64,000 bases of DNA, taken from positions 30,425 to 94,424 of the forward strand of contig CAZFPA010000001.1 in assembly GCA_964520975.1 (NCBI GenBank), written 5' to 3'. This DNA is from an uncultured Selenomonadaceae bacterium. Its GTDB lineage: Bacteria > Bacillota > Negativicutes > Selenomonadales > Selenomonadaceae. Position 1 is the stretch's first letter. Each line of letters starts with the position of its first letter. The notes below the pieces were generated by a model. It made no database searches, was not told the origin of the DNA, and saw only the letters and a program-made list of their open reading frames with translations. A program made the position numbers and the translations under genes. Below, one piece after another: positions 19,569-30,384 of the stretch.

Positions 19569-21065
19569 TCAATTGCTCTTTTTTTGTGCAAATTCGAGCA
19601 CGCAATCCGCCATGTTTTCCTTGCAGCTTACCTGCGTATGGCGGCGCTTGGCCGAACGCAGAGAATCCAGTCCCTGCGGTATCTTACTGGTATTGTATTC
19701 CGCGAGCTTGTCCAAAAGCGCAAAGGCATCAAGGCCCTCGATCCGGCATCCCAGGGCCGCCAGCACACTCTCATTGAACTTATAAGGACTGGCCGTAGAA
19801 ACAATCACCATCGGACATGTATCCTGTGTCTGTTCCTGATAGTTTTGCGCAGCCTTCCAGGCCACGGCAGTATGCGTATCCGGTACGTAATGCCGGTCAA
19901 AATACACGTCCTTGATTGTGGCCGCCGTAGCCTTGTCATCGGCCCAGTCCGCCCAGAAGAGCTGCTGTATTTTTTCCAGCACAGCGGCATCCGCCGCATA
20001 GCGCCCGGTGCCCGCCAGCTCACGCATCCAGCCGGCAACCTTGTCCGCATCATTTGTCATGTGATAGAGCAGCCGTTCCAGATTGCTCGATATCAGGATA
20101 TCCATCGAAGGGGTGATCGTCTTGAAGAACTCACGGTTCCGGTCATAAACTCCGGTGCGCAGGAAATCCGTCAGTACATTATTGGAATTCGAGGCACAGA
20201 TCAGTTTATGGATCGGCAGCCCCATGCACTTTGCATAGAAGCCGGCCAGAATATCGCCAAAATTCCCCGTTGGAACAGAAAAATTCACCTCGTCACCAGG
20301 CTGAATGCGCCCTGCCGCCAAAAGCTCCGCATAGGCACTGAAATAATAGACAACCTGCGGCACCAGCCGCCCCCAGTTGATGGAATTTGCCGAGGAAAGG
20401 CGCACCTGCTTCCGGGCCAGAGCTTCATTAAACGAGCTATCATTGAAGATCTCCTTTACACCGTTCTGCGCATCATCGAAATTCCCCTGCACCGCTACAA
20501 CGGCCACATTCTGTCCCAGCTGTGTAACCATCTGCTGCCGCTGGATACGGCTCACACCATTTTCCGGATAGAACACGATGATCTTGATCTGTTCTACATC
20601 CTTAAAGCCCTCCAGCGCGGCCTTTCCCGTATCTCCCGAGGTCGCCACGAGAATGAGCACCTCATTTTTTTCTCCGGTCTTCTTTAATGCCGTTGACAAA
20701 AGCTGCGGCAGCAGCTGCAATGCCATATCTTTGAAAGCACTGGTCGGCCCATGCCAAAGCTCCAGTACTGACACGTCATCAAAAATAGTAAGCGGCGCAA
20801 CCTTGGGCGAGTCAAATTTCCCCGCCCCATAGGCCCGCTCCACACAGCCCCGGATTTCCTCTTCACTATAGTCGGTGAGGAAGCACCCCAGCACACGCTC
20901 GGCCCTTTCTTCATAGGAAAGTCCCTGCAGTCCGGAAATAAAATCCATCGAAACCTGCGGCATTTCTGTCGGCACAAAGAGTCCGCCATCATCAGCCAGT
21001 CCGGCAATAATTGCCTCGGCCGCTGTCATTTTCTGTCCATTTCCCCGTGTACTGATGTACTTCAC
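19569..21065 (-). CDS. thrC: threonine synthase
   Basis: 498 aa of the long-form ThrC type, with the PLP lysine motif HGPTSAFKD. Confidence 0.93.
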   Translation of the reverse strand: MKYISTRGNGQKMTAAEAIIAGLADDGGLFVPTEMPQVSMDFISGLQGLSYEERAERVLGCFLTDYSEEEIRGCVERAYGAGKFDSPKVAPLTIFDDVSVLELWHGPTSAFKDMALQLLPQLLSTALKKTGEKNEVLILVATSGDTGKAALEGFKDVEQIKIIVFYPENGVSRIQRQQMVTQLGQNVAVVAVQGNFDDAQNGVKEIFNDSSFNEALARKQVRLSSANSINWGRLVPQVVYYFSAYAELLAAGRIQPGDEVNFSVPTGNFGDILAGFYAKCMGLPIHKLICASNSNNVLTDFLRTGVYDRNREFFKTITPSMDILISSNLERLLYHMTNDADKVAGWMRELAGTGRYAADAAVLEKIQQLFWADWADDKATAATIKDVYFDRHYVPDTHTAVAWKAAQNYQEQTQDTCPMVIVSTASPYKFNESVLAALGCRIEGLDAFALLDKLAEYNTSKIPQGLDSLRSAKRRHTQVSCKENMADCVLEFAQKKSN

Positions 21066-21155
21066 TTCAATCGCCCCTCTATGTTAGAATATGGATAAGT
21101 CCGAATCAACGGACCACCTGTCGCTTATGAATACATAAATAAAAGTTATTTTCCT

Positions 21156-21635
21156 TCACTTTGTTAAGGCTGCTGTTACCGCCCGGACTGCCTGTACGAG
21201 ATCCATCGGCGCGAGCAGGATCTGCTCGCCTCTTTTTCCGGCACTGACCGCGATTGTCTCCCACTGACGGGCACTTTCATCCAGATATACCGGATATTCC
21301 TTCTTGGCCCCCAGCGGTGAACAGCCGCCGCGGATATAGCCTGTGAGGCCCTGGACCTCCTTCAGATGCACCATCTCCACCTTTTTATTGCCGGAAACCG
21401 CCGCCAGAGCCTTGAGATCCAGCTCCGCATCACCAGGAATACAGGCCATGAGCACACCGTTTTTATCGCCGCGCGCGACCAGTGTTTTGAATACCATTTC
21501 CACCGGCATCCCGACCGAGGCTGCCACATGGACGGCGCTCAGATCATTCAGATCCACCGGATATTCCTTAAGTTCATACGCGATTCCAAGCCCATCGAGT
21601 ATGCGGGCCGCATTTGTTTTCTTTGTTCCCTTCAT
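21156..21635 (-). CDS. ybaK: Cys-tRNA(Pro)/Cys-tRNA(Cys) deacylase YbaK
   Basis: 159 aa carrying the YbaK/EbsC editing-domain motif (KTLV..., GGCSPLG). Confidence 0.88.
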   Translation of the reverse strand: MKGTKKTNAARILDGLGIAYELKEYPVDLNDLSAVHVAASVGMPVEMVFKTLVARGDKNGVLMACIPGDAELDLKALAAVSGNKKVEMVHLKEVQGLTGYIRGGCSPLGAKKEYPVYLDESARQWETIAVSAGKRGEQILLAPMDLVQAVRAVTAALTK

Positions 21636-21777
21636 TTAATCCCACCATCTAAATCTACAAAATTACGTCTGCCCCTTGCGGCAGATTAGCTTTTATTATA
21701 GCATAGGTTAGGGAATAATCCTATAGAAAAAATGTTTTTGTCAATTGGAAAAATACGTTTTTAAATTTCAAGTAACA

Positions 21778-21819
21778 TTTACGTGTAAAAACCACCAATT
21801 TTACAACTGTAAATGTAAA
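21778..21819. promoter_or_regulatory. two TTTAC(A)-N2-(T)GTAAA palindromes upstream of nadE (candidate operator)
   Basis: TTTACgtGTAAA at 21778-21789 and TTTACAacTGTAAA at 21800-21813, plus an extra TGTAAA at 21814-21819. They lie 25-65 bp before the nadE GTG. Confidence 0.35.
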
Positions 21820-21842
21820 TTTTTAAAAAGAGGTGCTTTACC

Positions 21843-23744
21843 GTGCTTAAAATTGCTTTAGCACAAATGGAGGTCCAGCCGGGCCACCCGGACAAAAATG
21901 CCCGGAAAATGCTGCAGCTCATTGCCGAAGCCAAAGAAAAACAGACGGATCTCATCATTTTTCCGGAAATGTCCATCCCCGGCTACCTGCTGGGTGATAC
22001 CTGGGAACAGCCAGCTTTTCTGGAGGACTGCATCGCCTGGGGCGAGGAAATCATCCAGGCCTCAACGGGCATCTGTATCATGTATGGCAATATTGCCATC
22101 GACGCACAGAAAAAGAACAACGATGGCCGCATACGCAAATACAATGCCTTCTATACTGCGCAAGACGGTCAGCTCCTGCAGCCAGCGGCTATGCCCTACC
22201 CCTTCGTCATCAAGACATTACTGCCCAATTATCGCGAATTCGACGATACCCGCCACTTCTTCAGCCTGCAGAAGCTCGCGCGCGAACGCGCCGCAAAGGT
22301 GGAAGATCTGATCTCCCCCATTGTCTTCACAAGCCACGGCAAGCGCTACTCGGTCGGCTGCCTGCTCTGCGAGGACGGCTGGAGTGATGACTATGAACTC
22401 GCGCCGCTTGAACTCCTGCAAAAAAAAGGCGTCGACTTTTTCGTCAATATATCCTCTTCCCCGTATACACTTGGCAAAAACGACAAGCGCAGCCGGGTAT
22501 TCGGTCAGCAGGCACAGCAAGCGGACCGCCCGCTCTTCTACGTAAACAATACCGGCCTGCAGAACAACGGCAAGACCGTCTATACCTTCGATGGCTCCAG
22601 CACGGTCTACAGCCGGCAGGGAAATGTCGTCAGAACCTGCGCACCATATAAGGAAGAACTCTGTTTTATCACACTGGAGGAAATCGACACGCTCCAGCCA
22701 CGGAAGCCCCAGCCGGAGGTCCCCATCGCCTGCATCTATGAATCCCTTTCCTATGGCATCCGGAAATTTCTGCAGGACATCCGCATGAAAAAGGTGGTCA
22801 TCGGTATATCCGGCGGCATCGACTCAGCGGTGGCCGCGGCGCTTTACACCAGTGTACTGGGCGAAGAGAACGTCCTGCTCGTCAATATGCCCAGTGTCTA
22901 TAACTCCGCCACCACAAAAGGCCTGGCGCAGCGGCTCGCCGAAAATCTTGGCTGCCATTATGCCATTCTCCCCATCCAGGAGGTCGTAGACTATACCATC
23001 CGCCAGCTGGAGACTACGCCCGTGACCTTCCTGCGGGATGGAACCACCAGCGGCCTTCAGGTGTCCTCCTTTGTTGCCGAGAATATCCAGGCCAGGGACC
23101 GCAGTGCCCGGGTACTCGCAGGCGCTGCCGCTGCCTTTGGCGGGGGCTTTACCTGCAATGCAAACAAGGCGGAAACCACCGTCGGCTATTCCACCCTTTA
23201 CGGCGATCAGTCGGGATTCCTCGCCGCACTGGCCGATCTCTGGAAACACCAGGTCTATGAACTGGCCCGCTATCTCAATACAGCGATCTTCCATCGCGAG
23301 GTCATTCCCCAGGCCACAATCGATATCGTTCCCAGCGCGGAGCTCTCCAACAATCAATGTGTTGATGAGGGCAAGGGCGATCCGCTCAAGTATCCTTATC
23401 ACGATTATCTTTTCCGTTCCTTTGTCGAGGCTTGGAAAAAAGCGACGCCGCAGGATATACTGGAATGGTATGCCGCCGGTACACTGGAAGAGCACCTGGG
23501 CTGCCCCCCCGGCATTGTCGCCAGGTATTTTCCCACGGCAGCGGAATTCATTGCTGACCTGGAACGCTGGTGGAACCTCTTCACCGGCATGGCCGTCGCC
23601 AAGCGCATTCAGGCCCCGCCCATCCTGGCCATCAGCCGCCGTGCCTACGGATTCGATCACCGCGAGTCTCAGAACGGCCCCTACTATACCCGCCGCTACC
23701 TGCAGCTCAAGGCCACACTGCTGGCCAATGCCTCCCAGCACTGA
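21843..23744 (+). CDS. nadE: glutamine-dependent NAD+ synthetase
   Basis: 633 aa with an N-terminal CN-hydrolase domain (FPEMSIPGY) and a C-terminal NAD synthetase domain with the SGGIDS P-loop. It starts at a GTG after AAAGAGG. Confidence 0.93.
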   Translation: MLKIALAQMEVQPGHPDKNARKMLQLIAEAKEKQTDLIIFPEMSIPGYLLGDTWEQPAFLEDCIAWGEEIIQASTGICIMYGNIAIDAQKKNNDGRIRKYNAFYTAQDGQLLQPAAMPYPFVIKTLLPNYREFDDTRHFFSLQKLARERAAKVEDLISPIVFTSHGKRYSVGCLLCEDGWSDDYELAPLELLQKKGVDFFVNISSSPYTLGKNDKRSRVFGQQAQQADRPLFYVNNTGLQNNGKTVYTFDGSSTVYSRQGNVVRTCAPYKEELCFITLEEIDTLQPRKPQPEVPIACIYESLSYGIRKFLQDIRMKKVVIGISGGIDSAVAAALYTSVLGEENVLLVNMPSVYNSATTKGLAQRLAENLGCHYAILPIQEVVDYTIRQLETTPVTFLRDGTTSGLQVSSFVAENIQARDRSARVLAGAAAAFGGGFTCNANKAETTVGYSTLYGDQSGFLAALADLWKHQVYELARYLNTAIFHREVIPQATIDIVPSAELSNNQCVDEGKGDPLKYPYHDYLFRSFVEAWKKATPQDILEWYAAGTLEEHLGCPPGIVARYFPTAAEFIADLERWWNLFTGMAVAKRIQAPPILAISRRAYGFDHRESQNGPYYTRRYLQLKATLLANASQH

Positions 23745-23754
23745 TTTTCCATGC

Positions 23755-23800
23755 AAAAGCTCCTGCCCGGTCCCTTTGGGGGACCGGGCAGGAGCTTTTT
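23755..23800. terminator. bidirectional intrinsic terminator (nadE / ABC operon convergent)
   Basis: A 16-bp perfect stem gctcctgcccggtccc/gggaccgggcaggagc with A4 on the left and T5 on the right. Confidence 0.9.
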
Positions 23801-23818
23801 ATAATATAGGGAAATTTC

Positions 23819-24550
23819 TCAGATAGGATTCAGCACACTTTGCAAAAATTTTCTCGTACGCTCGTGCTGTGGCTGGCTGAAGAGCTCAGCCGGCCGGCCC
23901 TCTTCAATGATAACGCCATCTCCCATGAAGATCACCCGGTCAGCGACTTCGCGCGCAAAACCCATTTCATGCGTTACAATCACCATGGTCATCCCCTTTT
24001 GGGCCAGATTTTTCATGACATTGAGCACCTCGCCGACCATCTCCGGGTCCAGAGCACTTGTGGGCTCATCAAACAGCATGATTTCCGGGTTCATTTCCAG
24101 TGCCCGCGCAATCGCAATACGCTGCTTCTGCCCGCCGGACAAAGTGTCCGGATAGACATCCTTTTTATCTGCAAGTCCGACCATCTGCAAAAGTTCCATG
24201 CCCTTTTGCTCTGCTGCCGCCGGAGACATCACGCCAAGCTCTACCGGAGCCAGTACGATATTCTCCATGACCGTATAGTTGGGAAAAAGATTGAACATCT
24301 GGAATACCATCCCGATGCGCTGCCGAAAGGCATTGAGCTTCTTCACGTGCATAACGTCCGTATCGAATACCGTCACCGCACCGCCCTGCGCCTCCTCCAG
24401 GCGGTTCAGGCAGCGAAGCAGCGTGCTCTTTCCTGAGCCGGAGGGCCCGATGATACAGACGACCTCCCCTTCCCCTACCTGGAAGGATACATCCTTCAAA
24501 ACGAGATTGTCCCCAAAGGACTTCATCAAATGATCCACCTTAATGATCAT
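23819..24550 (-). CDS. amino acid ABC transporter ATP-binding protein (GlnQ-like)
   Basis: Walker [10 protein letters not shown], signature LSGGQKQR, and Walker [12 protein letters not shown]. Confidence 0.93.
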   Translation of the reverse strand: MIIKVDHLMKSFGDNLVLKDVSFQVGEGEVVCIIGPSGSGKSTLLRCLNRLEEAQGGAVTVFDTDVMHVKKLNAFRQRIGMVFQMFNLFPNYTVMENIVLAPVELGVMSPAAAEQKGMELLQMVGLADKKDVYPDTLSGGQKQRIAIARALEMNPEIMLFDEPTSALDPEMVGEVLNVMKNLAQKGMTMVIVTHEMGFAREVADRVIFMGDGVIIEEGRPAELFSQPQHERTRKFLQSVLNPI

Positions 24551-25211
24551 GCTTCAATCTCCTTTCCACCCATTTAGCGAACAACGACAGGGCAACGATC
24601 ACAATAAGATATAAAATCGCCGCAAACGAATAGACCTCAAACGGCATATAGTTCTTGGCAATGATGATCTGCGAATTCATCGTGAGCTCCCGTACACTGA
24701 TGACGGACAGGATGGAGGTATCCTTGAGCGTCGTGATAAACTGATTGATGATTGGAGGAATCATGATCTTGATTGCCTGCGGCAAAACGACCTTCTGCAG
24801 GGTTTTGAAATATCCCAGCCCCAGGCTGCGGGCGGCCTCCACCTGCCCCGGATCGACAGCCTGGATGCCGCCGCGGAAGATTTCCGCCAGATAGGCACTG
24901 GCATTGATTGTCAGGGTAACAATGGCGGCAAAAACCGGATTGAATTTGACATGCAGCAACGCGCCCACGCCAAAGAACAGAAACAGTGCGAATATCATCA
25001 CCGGAACACCACGTACCAGATAGATATACAGATTGTAGACAGCCTTGCCGATACGAAACTCAGAGAGGCCGATCACCGCCAGCAGGATTCCGATGAAAAA
25101 CGCAAAAAACAGCGATGCTACCGCGATGAGGATGGTGACCTCCAGGCCCGCGAGCAGGCTGGGCCAGCATTCTATAAATAAGCCAAGATAATGCTCCATA
25201 AACTGAATCAA
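24540..25211 (-). CDS. amino acid ABC transporter permease (HisM/GlnP-like)
   Basis: 223 aa with the EAA-type loop ([22 protein letters not shown]). Confidence 0.9.
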   Translation of the reverse strand: MIQFMEHYLGLFIECWPSLLAGLEVTILIAVASLFFAFFIGILLAVIGLSEFRIGKAVYNLYIYLVRGVPVMIFALFLFFGVGALLHVKFNPVFAAIVTLTINASAYLAEIFRGGIQAVDPGQVEAARSLGLGYFKTLQKVVLPQAIKIMIPPIINQFITTLKDTSILSVISVRELTMNSQIIIAKNYMPFEVYSFAAILYLIVIVALSLFAKWVERRLKHDH

Positions 25212-25274
25212 ACCTCCATAAGAACAATAGGAGAGAGCCCGTCATGCAGGCTCTCTCCCACCCTTCTGACACTT

Positions 25275-26087
25275 TTATTTTTTCGCGATGTATTCACCGA
25301 CGATCTTGTCGTAGGTGCCATCCGCTTTGATCTTCTGCAGGCCCTCATTGAACATCTTAAGCAGCTCTGCATTTTCACCCTTCTTGACGGCAAAGCCATA
25401 GGAAGGCGGGTCGATGACAGAATCCACAGCAATCTTGAGCTTGTCCTGCTCACCGATTTTGATCTGATAATTGATGACCGGATAATCCTCCATGAGGAAG
25501 TCCGCATTGCCATTGGCAACAGCCATCATCATGCTGGGCGAATCATCGTAATAGGCGATGTTCAAACCGTATTTGTCCTTGTTGTCCTCAGCAAACTTCG
25601 CGCCCGTCGTGCCTTTCTTCACCGCAGCCGTCTTGCCGCGGAGGTCCTCCAGCGATGCAATGCTCGTGTTGGACTTGCTCACCACTACGGCCAGACCTGA
25701 CTGGATGTATCCATCGGAGAAATCCACGGATTGTTTACGCTCTTCCGTGATATTCATGCCAGCAATCGCGCCGTCCAGCTGCCCGGAAACAAGACCCGGA
25801 ATGATACCAGAAAAATCCATCGGCTTGAGCTCGTATTTGAAGCCCTCCGCCTTGGCAATCGCATCGAGCAGTTCGACATCGATCCCTTTATATTTTCCAT
25901 CCACCTCCATGGAAAATGGTGCATATTTCGCGTCGCAGGCAATGGTATAGGACTTGTCCGCTGCCCCGGACCCGCTGCCAGAACCACTGCCGGCCTTTTC
26001 AGCTACTGCCCCGCAGCCAGCCAATGCCCCTATCGCAAATACAGCCAGAGCTGCTGCTGCCAACAACTTCTTCATTCCCATCTTCAT
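25275..26087 (-). CDS. amino acid ABC transporter substrate-binding lipoprotein
   Basis: Signal peptide with lipobox LAGC and a family 3 SBP fold (GIDVELLDAIAK...). The ATG at 26087 lies 7 nt after AGGAGG. Confidence 0.88.
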   Translation of the reverse strand: MKMGMKKLLAAAALAVFAIGALAGCGAVAEKAGSGSGSGSGAADKSYTIACDAKYAPFSMEVDGKYKGIDVELLDAIAKAEGFKYELKPMDFSGIIPGLVSGQLDGAIAGMNITEERKQSVDFSDGYIQSGLAVVVSKSNTSIASLEDLRGKTAAVKKGTTGAKFAEDNKDKYGLNIAYYDDSPSMMMAVANGNADFLMEDYPVINYQIKIGEQDKLKIAVDSVIDPPSYGFAVKKGENAELLKMFNEGLQKIKADGTYDKIVGEYIAKK

Positions 26088-26130
26088 TTCAATTCCTCCT
26101 CTATTCCTTTTCTGATAGAATCCACATAAC

Positions 26131-26179
26131 AAAAAAGAGCAAAGCCATTCCGGAGAAAGTCTCCAGAGCGTCTTTGCTC
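26131..26179 (-). promoter_or_regulatory. terminator-like hairpin in the 5' leader of the ABC operon (possible attenuator)
   Basis: Minus-strand RNA reads GAGCAAAG-acgcucuGGAGAcuuUCUCCggaaugg-CUUUGCUC followed by U6, about 45 nt upstream of the start codon. Confidence 0.5.
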
Positions 26180-26243
26180 AGTTCAATGCCATGTCAGATT
26201 GTCTATGTGAAATATACTAGCATATAAAAATCCAAAAGTCCAG

Positions 26244-26271
26244 CAAAAAAAACACCCCGAAGGGTGTTTTT
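26244..26271. terminator. intrinsic terminator after pepD
   Basis: Stem aacaccc-cgaa-gggtgtt, with an A-run on the left and a T-run on the right. Confidence 0.85.
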
Positions 26272-26275
26272 CTAT

Positions 26276-27730
26276 TTATTTCATAGCTGCGATTTTCCGC
26301 AGTGTCTCCATAATCAAAGCTGCCTGTGGCTCTACCGTCTCCAGCAGAAGCTTTTCATTCGGACTGTGAATGTCCATAGTTGTCACGCCGATAGATACCA
26401 TATCCAGCTTTGGATTCTTGCGGAAATGCCAGCCGCATTCCAATCCCGCATGGATTGTCTCCACCTTCATAGGAGAACCGTTCTGTTCCTGGAAGGTCTC
26501 CGCCATAATCCTGGCAAGACGACTGTCCTTACGTTCTTTCCAGCCCGGTGACTGCGTACCGATCTGCGCCGCAAAGCCGCTCATTGCAGCATACGCCTGT
26601 GCCATACGACGGAATTCATCCGTCTTGGCATCAATAGCGGAACGCGGGAAGAACTGAATTGTAACCGTTCCTGCCTGCGTGTGAATTACCCCCAGATTGG
26701 CCGAAGTCTCCACAAGTCCCGGAATGACCTGCGACATCGCATAGACACCGGTGTGCAGGGCAATGAGCAGCTGCAGCAGAGCCGCTGTGTCGGCTGCAGC
26801 AAACACCTGTGCCGGCGCCTCCGTTGCGCTCAGCAGAAGCTTTGCCTCCGGATCAACACCGCCATACATCTCAACAAAACGCTCCTTTGTCTCAGCCACG
26901 ACTGCCTGCAGTTCCTTTTCGGATGCATCACTGGCAAAAACAACCTCAGCGGATGCCGGAATCGCATTACGAGCCGTACCGCCCTGGAAATCAGCCAGTT
27001 CAAAGGCAATTTCCTTCTCCTGCAACGACAGCAGAGCCATTGCCGCCGTACGGATGGCATTGCCCCGGCCATCACCGATGCGCTCGCCGGAATGTCCGCC
27101 CAGCAGATCCTTCACCGAAAGCTTCCAGGCTTTTTTCTGCTGTGGAGCCTGCTGCTGCATCTTTCTGGAGAAATCAATATTTACGCTTCCGGCACTGCCC
27201 ACCGTAAGCTCATCATAATTTTCCGAATCACAGTTGATCAGGAAACTGGCATCCGTGAGATATTTAGCATCCAGATGGATGGCGCCCGTCATGCCCTGCT
27301 CTTCATCTACAGTCACAATGAGACGCAACGGCCCATGATTTTCAAGCGTCCGCATAATATAAATCGCTTCCGCTACGCCAATGCCATCATCCGCCCCCAG
27401 GCTCGTTCCATCTGCCTCCAGATATTTCTTGCCACGCTTGAGTTTGATTGCATCCGTGAGCGGGTCAAACTTAACGCCCGGTGCGGCTACGCAGACCATA
27501 TCCATATGGCCCTGCAGAATCGTCAGCGGCGCCTTTTCACAGCCTGCCGAAGCCGGCTTATCCGCAATGATATTGAATTTCTCATCCTGCACGACGGTGA
27601 AGCCCAGTCCTGTCAGACGATCCCGCAAATAATTGCTGACCTTTTCCTCGTGACCGGATTTACGCGGTATCTGTGTGAGTTTTTCAAACTCCGCTAAAAT
27701 CTCTTCCAATACATCCTGCTTGTTTGCCAT
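26276..27730 (-). CDS. pepD: aminoacyl-histidine dipeptidase (PepD, M20C)
   Basis: Matches PepD along its length (IPRKSGHEEKV, LQGHMDMV, TSLGADDGIG, TIHAGLECG). The ATG at 27730 follows GGAGG, and the ORF maximum is 27811. Confidence 0.9.
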   Translation of the reverse strand: MANKQDVLEEILAEFEKLTQIPRKSGHEEKVSNYLRDRLTGLGFTVVQDEKFNIIADKPASAGCEKAPLTILQGHMDMVCVAAPGVKFDPLTDAIKLKRGKKYLEADGTSLGADDGIGVAEAIYIMRTLENHGPLRLIVTVDEEQGMTGAIHLDAKYLTDASFLINCDSENYDELTVGSAGSVNIDFSRKMQQQAPQQKKAWKLSVKDLLGGHSGERIGDGRGNAIRTAAMALLSLQEKEIAFELADFQGGTARNAIPASAEVVFASDASEKELQAVVAETKERFVEMYGGVDPEAKLLLSATEAPAQVFAAADTAALLQLLIALHTGVYAMSQVIPGLVETSANLGVIHTQAGTVTIQFFPRSAIDAKTDEFRRMAQAYAAMSGFAAQIGTQSPGWKERKDSRLARIMAETFQEQNGSPMKVETIHAGLECGWHFRKNPKLDMVSIGVTTMDIHSPNEKLLLETVEPQAALIMETLRKIAAMK

Positions 27731-27813
27731 AACCAAAGCCTCCATAAAACGAAATTTACGCATGAAAAAACAAAGCAACCATCCAAAATGATTGCTTTGT
27801 TCTGTCAACAAAC

Positions 27814-28278
27814 TTATTCAGGCATAGCTGTCGGAGTTGCCTCCGAAATGCTCACACCTGCGGGAACATAAAGCACCATTGTTTCAGAAATACGCTTGAC
27901 CTCGCCATCCGTCACATAGCATACACCATTGAGAAAATCGCAGATGCGGCGCTGATCCGCCGACTCCACCCGCTCATAGTTCACAACAGCTGCCTTCTTG
28001 GCCTTCAGATCATCTGCTACCGTCGTCACCTGATCAAAGTTCTGCGGAACATAGATCTGAATCTTAAGCTCCGGAACCTTCGTGGTGTGTACAGTAAGCT
28101 GCGGACGAACCGGTGTCGCCGGCGCTGCGGCATATCCTACCGGACTGCCATTGACAACCTGGCGCTCCCGAACGACTGCCTCCTCCTGAACCTCAGGAAC
28201 CTCTTCCTCTGTATACTCATCTTCCATGACATCCTCTATCGGCATGAGTATATCTTTCAGCTTTTCTACGAATCCCAC
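27814..28278 (-). CDS. SepF-like (DUF552) cell division protein, second paralogue
   Basis: The C-terminal half aligns to the SepF core (IYVPQNFDQVTTVADDLKAKKAAVVNYE..RRICDFLNGVCYV..G). The GTG at 28278 lies 7 nt after GGAGG, and the ORF maximum is 28392. Confidence 0.7.
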   Translation of the reverse strand: MGFVEKLKDILMPIEDVMEDEYTEEEVPEVQEEAVVRERQVVNGSPVGYAAAPATPVRPQLTVHTTKVPELKIQIYVPQNFDQVTTVADDLKAKKAAVVNYERVESADQRRICDFLNGVCYVTDGEVKRISETMVLYVPAGVSISEATPTAMPE

Positions 28279-28444
28279 CCGTATCGCCTCCACAATAATA
28301 TATGAATAAATAATTTCATCGCTATTTATGCTACTTTTGAATTGTTTCGCCGCAAAACATAAAAGTCCTGCCTGAATTTCAAAAAAATTCACCAGGCAGG
28401 ACTTTTTGATTCAAAATACCTATAAAATTGTCATGTTGTAAGGA

Positions 28445-30262
28445 TTACTTACGGGCATTCTTGCTTGCACGGCCACGGGCTGTACGATCCAGAACCGCCT
28501 TGCGCAGACGAATGTTCTCCGGCGTAACCTCTACAAGTTCATCCTCATTGATATACTCAAGTGCCTGCTCCAGACTCAAAATACGTGGCGGAACAAGACG
28601 GATGGCCTCATCCGAGGAAGACGTTCTCATGTTGGAAACATTCTTTTTCTTGCACGGGTTGATATCGATATCCATCTCACGGGAATTCTCGCCCACGATC
28701 ATGCCTTCATAAACCTGCTGATTCGGTGAAATGAACATAGTACCGCGATCCTGCAGCGTATAGATACCATAGCCGGTAGTCTCACCCTGCTCGAAAGCAA
28801 CCAGCGAGCCGCGGGAACGACCCGGGATATCCCCCTTATACGGCACATAGCCATGGAACACATGGTTCATGATACCGTTGCCCTTGGTATTCGTCAAAAG
28901 TTCCGAACGGAAACCGATGAGGCCACGCGCCGGGATTACGAATTCCATGCGCATGTAGCCGGAAACCTCGCTCATATTGGAAAGCTCAGCCTTACGAGTT
29001 CCCAGGGACTCCATGACCGTACCCATATATTCCTGCGGAACCTCAATCGTCAGATTCTCCAACGGTTCGCAAAGCTGCCCGTTGATGGTCTTATATACAA
29101 CCTCCGGCTTGCCGACCTGCAGCTCATAGCCCTCGCGACGCATCGTCTCGATGAGAATGGAAAGATGCAGCTCACCACGGCCGGAAACCTTGAAGGTATC
29201 CGCCGAATCCGTCTCCTCAACCTTCATGCTCACGTTGGTCTCGACCTCTTTGAACAAACGGTCACGCAGATGACGGGAAGTAACAAACTGACCCTCACGG
29301 CCAGCAAACGGGCTCGTATTGACACCAAAGGTCATGGACAGCGTCGGCTCATCGATATTGATGGTCGGCAGAGCCTCCGGATTTTCAGCATCCGCAACCG
29401 TATAGCCGATGCTGACATCGCCGAGACCTGTAAGAGCGACAACCTCGCCCAGTCCGGCAGACGGAACCTCAACACGCTTCAGACCCTGGTATACGAAAAC
29501 CTTGCCGATCTTCGCTTTTGTTTCCTGATCCCCATTGATGAGAACCACATTCTGATTTGTCTTTACGCTGCCGCGAATAATACGGCCAATCGCTACACGA
29601 CCTACATAATCATCGGCATCCAGCGTCGTAACCATCATCTGCAGCGGGCCATCAGCATCACCGCGCGGTGCCGGGATCTCCTTGATGATTGTTTCCATGA
29701 GCGGCTCGAGATTGTCATTATCATCGGCCATCTCATATTTTGCAATACCCTCGCGGGCCGTTGCATAAATCACCGGGAAATCCAGCTGATCATCATCAGC
29801 GCCAAGCTCCATGAAGAGCTCCAGGACTTCATCATACACGTCCTCTACCCGCTGATCCGGACGATCGATCTTATTGATGACAACAATCGGCTTCAATTTC
29901 TGTTCCAACGCCTTGCGCAATACATACTTTGTCTGCGGCATCGGACCTTCAAAGGCATCAACGAGCAGCACAACGCCGTCTACCATGTTCAATACACGCT
30001 CTACCTCGCCACCGAAGTCCGCATGGCCCGGGGTATCAACGATATTGATCTTGATGTCCTTATACATGATGGACGTATTCTTCGACAAAATCGTGATGCC
30101 TCGCTCACGTTCCAAATCACCGGAGTCCATGACGCGCTCAGCAACCTGTTCGTTGGAGCGGAATACATGGCTCTGTTTCAGCATGGCATCAACCAGTGTG
30201 GTCTTACCATGGTCAACGTGGGCAATGATCGCGATATTTCTCAAATTTTCACTAGTACTCAT
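28445..30262 (-). CDS. typA: translational GTPase TypA/BipA
   Basis: 605 aa with G motifs [14 protein letters not shown] and NKID, and BipA-type C-terminal domains. Confidence 0.95.
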   Translation of the reverse strand: MSTSENLRNIAIIAHVDHGKTTLVDAMLKQSHVFRSNEQVAERVMDSGDLERERGITILSKNTSIMYKDIKINIVDTPGHADFGGEVERVLNMVDGVVLLVDAFEGPMPQTKYVLRKALEQKLKPIVVINKIDRPDQRVEDVYDEVLELFMELGADDDQLDFPVIYATAREGIAKYEMADDNDNLEPLMETIIKEIPAPRGDADGPLQMMVTTLDADDYVGRVAIGRIIRGSVKTNQNVVLINGDQETKAKIGKVFVYQGLKRVEVPSAGLGEVVALTGLGDVSIGYTVADAENPEALPTINIDEPTLSMTFGVNTSPFAGREGQFVTSRHLRDRLFKEVETNVSMKVEETDSADTFKVSGRGELHLSILIETMRREGYELQVGKPEVVYKTINGQLCEPLENLTIEVPQEYMGTVMESLGTRKAELSNMSEVSGYMRMEFVIPARGLIGFRSELLTNTKGNGIMNHVFHGYVPYKGDIPGRSRGSLVAFEQGETTGYGIYTLQDRGTMFISPNQQVYEGMIVGENSREMDIDINPCKKKNVSNMRTSSSDEAIRLVPPRILSLEQALEYINEDELVEVTPENIRLRKAVLDRTARGRASKNARK

Positions 30263-30339
30263 TATTTAATAACTGCCTCCTAATTCAATACAGAAAAAGA
30301 GCTCTTTCTTGTGTCTTTTCCATTTTTAGCAATATACCA

Positions 30340-30368
30340 ATGATATTATAACCAGCTCTCAATGTCAA
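30340..30368 (-). promoter_or_regulatory. candidate sigma70 promoter for typA
   Basis: TTGACA, 17 nt, TATCAT on the minus strand. Confidence 0.45.
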
Positions 30369-30384
30369 TGTTTTTTTACATTCA

